Shown here: positions 26,450 through 30,872 of the stretch, piece by piece
Position numbering within the stretch: the first letter of the stretch is position 1
How the letters are laid out: every line of letters begins with the position of its first letter
IMG/VR virus record: IMGVR_UViG_3300012665_000072
Location: 1 to 30,872 of that record
DNA length: 30,872 bases
Source of the DNA: a virus
Taxonomy: Duplodnaviria; Caudoviricetes
Strand: one strand, 5' to 3'
The notes under the pieces: generated by a model
The model's database searches: none
Seen by the model: only the letters and a program-made list of their open reading frames with translations
What the model was told of the DNA's origin: nothing
Position numbers and translations under genes: made by a program

Positions 26450-27946
26450 ATGGCAGCACAAGACTATTACGGATACATTCCTCCATCAAAAGGATTAGAT
26501 TTAGGTAAGTTAGCAACTGATTTATCTAATACTATATCAGGTATTGGAGAAAGACGCGAACTTGAGAAGGAACAACTTGATCAAATTAAAGCTGACAATA
26601 CTAAGATTATTAATGATGCTGATATTGGTAAAAGTCAGACGTTTCAAACGATGGCCTTAAACGGCACTCAAAAAGGCGTTCAGTTTATCAATCAATTGAA
26701 CAAGCAATTAAAAGCTGGTCAAATAAGCCCAAAGGAGTATAAGCAAAAAATGAACACCGTAATGGAAAGTTGGGGTACATTTGCTAATACTGTTAAGACA
26801 TATGACGCTAGAATGGCTGATATTCAGAAGCAACAACAAGATGGTAAAGCATCTGGCATTGGTATCAGTGCTAACGAATTCTTTGCTCAGTCTTCTGAAT
26901 TAAAAGACAAAGATATTTTTATTGATGATAATGGCAATATGAGCATGGGTAGAATTGATCCAAATACAGGACAATTAGATCCTGACTCAGTTCAAAGCTT
27001 CAGATCAATGGCTTTGCCTAATAATATGGTATTTGATAAGGTTAATTTAGATGAACAAGTAAGTGCAGTAGTAAAAACTTGGAAACCTTGGGTAGGTGAA
27101 AAAGGACAAACTACAATTGAGGATATCAGGAATAACCCTGATTATGCTAGAAAAATGGCAGATTTTACAGGAGCATTAACTAGTAATCCAAGACTTACAG
27201 CTAGTATACTTGTTGATAATACTGGAGATAATTATGATGTTTACTTTAATCAAGCTGACTATAACAATAAGATTAATGAAATGATTCAAACGGAAAATAA
27301 TGCTAGAGAATTTAGTGGCATTGAACCGATGAATAAAGAAGAGCAAAATGAATTTGCACAAGAAGCTTCAGGTAAGCTTATTGAGATGCGAAAAGATGCT
27401 ACTGATACATATCAACCTGTTATTACAGAGGCTCAATTACGCAGAGCTAAAAATGCAATTGAAGCAACAGTTGGAGTTGAGCTTGGTCAAAAAGTAACTC
27501 AAGATGAAATTCCTATTCGCTCATTAGGTGGAGGTGGAGGAGGTGGAGGCCGCACACCAAAAGATACTAGCAGTCAGACTGTTGACAATATTAGAAAGCT
27601 TATCATTAGTGGAACACCTGATGACTATGACGCCTTATCAGAATTCTCTAAGGATATGCAATATAGCTTTAAACAAGGAGCACCTGGTAAATTAAAAGTA
27701 TTCAAGAAAAAGTCAAATGGAATTGGTACTACAGAAATAGGTGAAGTTAGTTTTGCTAATGCTGGTAAATACTTTGGATTTGAAAATTTAGATAAATGGA
27801 ATGAATTTGTGGCTGACTCAAAGAAAAGAATACCTGGATCAGGAGGCAATAATATGACACCTGAACAATGGAACAATAAATGGGCAACTCTTAAAAAGGG
27901 CCAAAAAATGGTTGGATTAGATGGTAAAACTTATACTAAACAATAG
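26450..27946 (+). CDS. Putative internal virion/ejection protein (498 aa)
   Basis: Helical Q/K/D-rich protein starting MAAQDYYGY...LDLGKLATDLS, with a Gly8 linker at 27527-27550. It lies between the small and giant ejection-type genes. Confidence 0.55.
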   Translation: MAAQDYYGYIPPSKGLDLGKLATDLSNTISGIGERRELEKEQLDQIKADNTKIINDADIGKSQTFQTMALNGTQKGVQFINQLNKQLKAGQISPKEYKQKMNTVMESWGTFANTVKTYDARMADIQKQQQDGKASGIGISANEFFAQSSELKDKDIFIDDNGNMSMGRIDPNTGQLDPDSVQSFRSMALPNNMVFDKVNLDEQVSAVVKTWKPWVGEKGQTTIEDIRNNPDYARKMADFTGALTSNPRLTASILVDNTGDNYDVYFNQADYNNKINEMIQTENNAREFSGIEPMNKEEQNEFAQEASGKLIEMRKDATDTYQPVITEAQLRRAKNAIEATVGVELGQKVTQDEIPIRSLGGGGGGGGRTPKDTSSQTVDNIRKLIISGTPDDYDALSEFSKDMQYSFKQGAPGKLKVFKKKSNGIGTTEIGEVSFANAGKYFGFENLDKWNEFVADSKKRIPGSGGNNMTPEQWNNKWATLKKGQKMVGLDGKTYTKQ

Positions 27947-27952
27947 AATAAA

Positions 27953-30872
27953 ATGGCTAAACAATGGACACCACCAAGTGATGCAGCAGTAACTGCAAAT
28001 AATAAATTTGTACCACCATCAGATGCTGTTGAAGTAAAAAAAAAAGAGGTTTCACAATCAACATTGGATCAAGACAATACTTCATCGGATCGCTTAAACA
28101 ACACAACAACAAGGCCTACGGCATCTTCATCTTTAAAAGGTAATGGTATATATAGAATACCCGGACAACCGGAAGAAGTATTCTACAAGAAAGAGGATGA
28201 TGGTTGGTATAAAAAACAATATGGTGTCTTTGACTATAAGAAAGTCACTGATCCAAATAGAATTAAAAAAATTGAGGCTAATACCGTAGAGTATAATCCT
28301 AAACAAAAAAATGTAAATAAATATTCATTTGAAAATACTCCATCTGTACAGGAGAAGCCACAAGAATGGGTAGATAATAAAGGTAATAAAGGACCTAGTG
28401 AAAGAAATAGTATTGAGTACTGGGACAATTTATTGGCTAATAAAAATATAGATCAAAAGACCTATGATTTCCATGCTGATCGACTTGCATCAATGGGAAT
28501 ATACAAGTCTGTATCAAAAGCTCTTCAACCAAAAGCACAACCAAAGCAATCTGATATACAAGCACAAAAAGTATTCAATGAATCTTTTAGTTCATTATCA
28601 GATACTGATCCTGAATATTTACGACGCAAAGCAGAAAAAGATAAAATAAATAATTCAATCAGCAACATTGATCTCAACCTTGTTGGTATGGATGAGGAGG
28701 ATGTAGTCCCTAAATTAAAACAGTCAATTAAAGACTATTGGTATTTAGAGGTTGATGAGTCAGGTGTTGGTTATGATGAAGTTCTAGTTAGGAATAAAAT
28801 AACCGGTGAAAGCAAAAAGATAAGCCTTGACAACTGGACTTCTGAACGAGACAATGAAGAGTCTAAAATTCTTCGTGGTTTCTTAGATGCTCAAATGAAT
28901 TCAAAGGAATATACTGAAGCTTATAAGAGAGTAAATGATTTAAGATCAGAGATAGCAGACGCAACACCTACTGATCGTATTGCATTAACTAAAAAGTTAG
29001 TTGATGCTCAAGCAAAGTTAACAAAAGAGAAAAATAAACGAGCGGCATATGTGAGCAGTGATAAATATTTATCAGCAGCAATATATGATAAGAATGCTCA
29101 AGAGAATATCAAAACTGATTTGGCGGTAACTCAATTAAGAACTGAGGATTACAAAGAAAAAATAAAAGAATACCAAAAATATTCAACTGATGTAAAAGAT
29201 TCTTACACCCAAGGAAAGATATCTAAAGAGGACTACTACCAAAACTATGTGCCTAAATTAAAGGCTGAAAAAGAAATGTTGTTTGAAGAACAACAAAAGT
29301 TAAGAAACGATTACATTCAAATAAAGAGCGACCAACAGTCAATTGATGAAGTTGCTGGTAATACATTTGCTATTGAATCAAATAGAGGAAATGTTTTAAC
29401 AGGTACAGCTTCAGCTATATTAAGGGGGATTGAATCATCTGTTAGATTTGGTTTAGAAGGTTTATCAGAGGAGGCAGGAGGTGTCCCAGAAGGGTCACTA
29501 AAAGGAGTATTTCAGCAATTAGCTCCGGGTTCAGTAAGTGAATTATATACCAGTTCAGCAAACAGAAGTAAATTCGAACAAATTGTTTTTGGTTTAGCTG
29601 AATCAGGTGGATCAGCTCTAGCAGGAATAGCATCAGGTGGTCCAGTAGGTTCGTTGATGGGCTTATACGCATCTTCGTATACCAACATGAAAGATCAGAT
29701 GAGCACAGAGACATTTAAAGATGTCCCTGAATGGCAGAAGATCCTTATGTCAAGCGTGTATGGTGCAACTATCGGAACATTAGAAGAGATAGGTATAGGT
29801 AAATGGTTTACAAAGTCACCGGCTGGAAAAGGTTTAACAAATTGGATACTTAAGAAAGTAATATCTGAACTACCTGAAAATGCTACAGCTGAAGCTATAG
29901 ACTTAGCTATCAAGAAAAGCTTTAATACGGCTGTTGCAAATGGATTAATTCAGGTTACATCAGCAGGAATTGTGGAGGGATCAACCGAGTTAGCTCAGGA
30001 AGGTGCTGATATGGTTTATAAAGATGTATTCAATAAGCTTAATGAGAAAAAATTCTTTGAAAATCCTAATACATGGGAAGGTGTTTTATCTAGACTAGGT
30101 GAAAGTTTTGTTCTTGGGTTTGCTGGTGGTGCAGGAATGCAGTCCATCACACAAACTACACAGGTAGCAAAGAACGCTATTACAATGAATCAACTCAACA
30201 ATATTGAGAACCTGATTGAAAACCCAAACATCAAGGACATCTATAAAATGAACTTGAAGGATCAAATTCTTTCAGGTGAAATAACTAGCACTCAAGCAAA
30301 AGAACAATTACAAAAATTGGACGAACTTGAGGCTACAGTTAATAAGATACCAAACAATGTAAAGGCAGAGAATAAATACCAAGCGTTCCAATTATTGAAC
30401 GAAAGAGAAGATATACAAAAAGAAATTGCAGGGAAAGACCCAGCGCTTGTTGCTGCTCAAACTGAGCGTATCAATGCGATCAATGATGAACTAAAAACAA
30501 TCAGTCAAAATGCCGTTCAAGAGCAAACAACAAGTGAAGTTCCTGTACAGCCAGAAACCGGAGTTAGCGAAGAAGTGGAGGGAGGAGTACCCGAATCAGA
30601 AACTCAAGAGACTTCCGGAGAAACTGTCGGACAAGAAGGTCAAGCCGAGCAAGCTAAAGCAGCGCTTGATGAAAGGAAAAAGAATGCTATAGAGGAAGAA
30701 AAGGCTAGGATGTCTAAAAGAATATCCCGACTTCAAGACGAGCTTTCTAATGTATCAAGACTTAAACCACTTTATAGGTCAGTAAGAAAATCATCAATAA
30801 GAGAGCAAACTAAATTGCTTGATTTATTAGAGTCAGACCCTAAGCAATATGCCCGAAAACAATTGAAAGAAA
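27953..30872 (+). CDS. Giant internal virion/ejection protein (at least 973 aa, 3'-truncated; absent from the ORF track)
   Basis: ATG at 27953 in the context AATAAA-ATG. It reads MAKQWTPPSDAAVTANNKFVPPSDAVEVKKKE... and I found no stop in the segments I translated. It has coiled coils, G/A-rich hydrophobic segments (GLAESGGSALAGIASGGPVGSLMGLYAS) and an EGSTELAQEG motif. Confidence 0.85.
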   Translation, partial: MAKQWTPPSDAAVTANNKFVPPSDAVEVKKKEVSQSTLDQDNTSSDRLNNTTTRPTASSSLKGNGIYRIPGQPEEVFYKKEDDGWYKKQYGVFDYKKVTDPNRIKKIEANTVEYNPKQKNVNKYSFENTPSVQEKPQEWVDNKGNKGPSERNSIEYWDNLLANKNIDQKTYDFHADRLASMGIYKSVSKALQPKAQPKQSDIQAQKVFNESFSSLSDTDPEYLRRKAEKDKINNSISNIDLNLVGMDEEDVVPKLKQSIKDYWYLEVDESGVGYDEVLVRNKITGESKKISLDNWTSERDNEESKILRGFLDAQMNSKEYTEAYKRVNDLRSEIADATPTDRIALTKKLVDAQAKLTKEKNKRAAYVSSDKYLSAAIYDKNAQENIKTDLAVTQLRTEDYKEKIKEYQKYSTDVKDSYTQGKISKEDYYQNYVPKLKAEKEMLFEEQQKLRNDYIQIKSDQQSIDEVAGNTFAIESNRGNVLTGTASAILRGIESSVRFGLEGLSEEAGGVPEGSLKGVFQQLAPGSVSELYTSSANRSKFEQIVFGLAESGGSALAGIASGGPVGSLMGLYASSYTNMKDQMSTETFKDVPEWQKILMSSVYGATIGTLEEIGIGKWFTKSPAGKGLTNWILKKVISELPENATAEAIDLAIKKSFNTAVANGLIQVTSAGIVEGSTELAQEGADMVYKDVFNKLNEKKFFENPNTWEGVLSRLGESFVLGFAGGAGMQSITQTTQVAKNAITMNQLNNIENLIENPNIKDIYKMNLKDQILSGEITSTQAKEQLQKLDELEATVNKIPNNVKAENKYQAFQLLNEREDIQKEIAGKDPALVAAQTERINAINDELKTISQNAVQEQTTSEVPVQPETGVSEEVEGGVPESETQETSGETVGQEGQAEQAKAALDERKKNAIEEEKARMSKRISRLQDELSNVSRLKPLYRSVRKSSIREQTKLLDLLESDPKQYARKQLKE
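28036..28045 (+). other. A10 homopolymer (GTA AAA AAA AAA GAG), candidate -1 frameshift or transcriptional slippage site
   Basis: Contains the heptamer A_AAA_AAA in the reading frame. The -1 frame stays open for 32 codons, to the TAA at 28141-28143. Confidence 0.45.
30510..30692 (+). CDS. Nested (+1 frame) small basic protein, MPFKSKQQVKFLYSQKPELAKKW... (60 aa)
   Basis: ATG with an A-rich leader (CTAAAAACAATCAGTCAAA-ATG, A at -3). It has 16 Lys and 4 Arg in 60 aa and resembles stand-alone small phage proteins of the MPFKSxxQ.....P..A..W....P.....LP type (from memory). Confidence 0.6.
   Translation: MPFKSKQQVKFLYSQKPELAKKWREEYPNQKLKRLPEKLSDKKVKPSKLKQRLMKGKRML

Noticed and set aside
27527-27550. 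GGAGG-rich run resembling stacked Shine-Dalgarno sites
   Set aside because: It is explained by a Gly8 linker (GGT/GGA codons), and no start codon follows at a suitable spacing.
1631-29913. Other minus-strand and short off-frame plus-strand ORFs in the track (e.g. 8000-8194, 11194-11424, 17437-17637, 19294-19482, 28464-28649)
   Set aside because: They lie inside long, well-supported genes and have shadow-frame composition with no recognisable motif. Only 30510-30692 has a family-like sequence and a good start context.
1-30872. Stop-codon reassignment as seen in some crAss-like phages
   Set aside because: Long genes are intact under the standard code, and TAG/TGA stops fall at sensible gene boundaries.
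27953-30872. Virion RNA polymerase identity for the giant protein
   Set aside because: No DxDxD-type catalytic motif was seen in the part I translated. The gene is truncated, so this cannot be decided from this window.
1-30872. CRISPR arrays, tRNAs, IS elements, or a diversity-generating retroelement acting on the fibre genes
   Set aside because: Intergenic gaps are all under about 80 nt, and I saw no spaced repeats, cloverleaf, transposase, reverse transcriptase or template/variable repeat pair.

Overview
This window is the late (virion morphogenesis and lysis) region of a tailed dsDNA phage, most likely a podovirus infecting Bacteroidota (Flavobacteriia-like). All credible genes are on the + strand and tightly packed. 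Gene order: fibre/spike genes, lysis cassette (u-spanin-like lipoprotein, holin, Amidase_2 endolysin), more fibre-type genes, GroES-like co-chaperonin, small and large terminase, portal, scaffold, major capsid protein, head-tail ring proteins, tail stabilisation protein, GNAT-fold protein and three internal virion (ejection) proteins. The last gene (27953 to beyond 30872) is missing from the ORF track because it runs off the window. The host inference rests on six intergenic TAnnTTTG (-7) promoter motifs and A-rich start regions without Shine-Dalgarno sequences. The order and sizes of terL, portal, scaffold and MCP resemble crAss-like/flavobacterial podoviruses (inference). Highlights: (1) an 883-aa Cys-rich modular protein with four mucin-like poly-Thr linkers is translationally coupled to a DxD glycosyltransferase resembling plant HPAT/SERGT peptide O-glycosyltransferases, a candidate phage-encoded virion mucin-type O-glycosylation system, apparently inserted with a BACON-like domain into a split tail stabilisation gene; (2) a 60-aa basic 'MPFKSK...' gene appears overprinted in the +1 frame inside an acidic linker of the giant ejection protein; (3) an A10 slippery run near the start of that same gene opens into a protein-like -1 frame; (4) three promoters appear to produce leaderless mRNAs. 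All family assignments come from motif recognition by eye and from memory. No database search was run.
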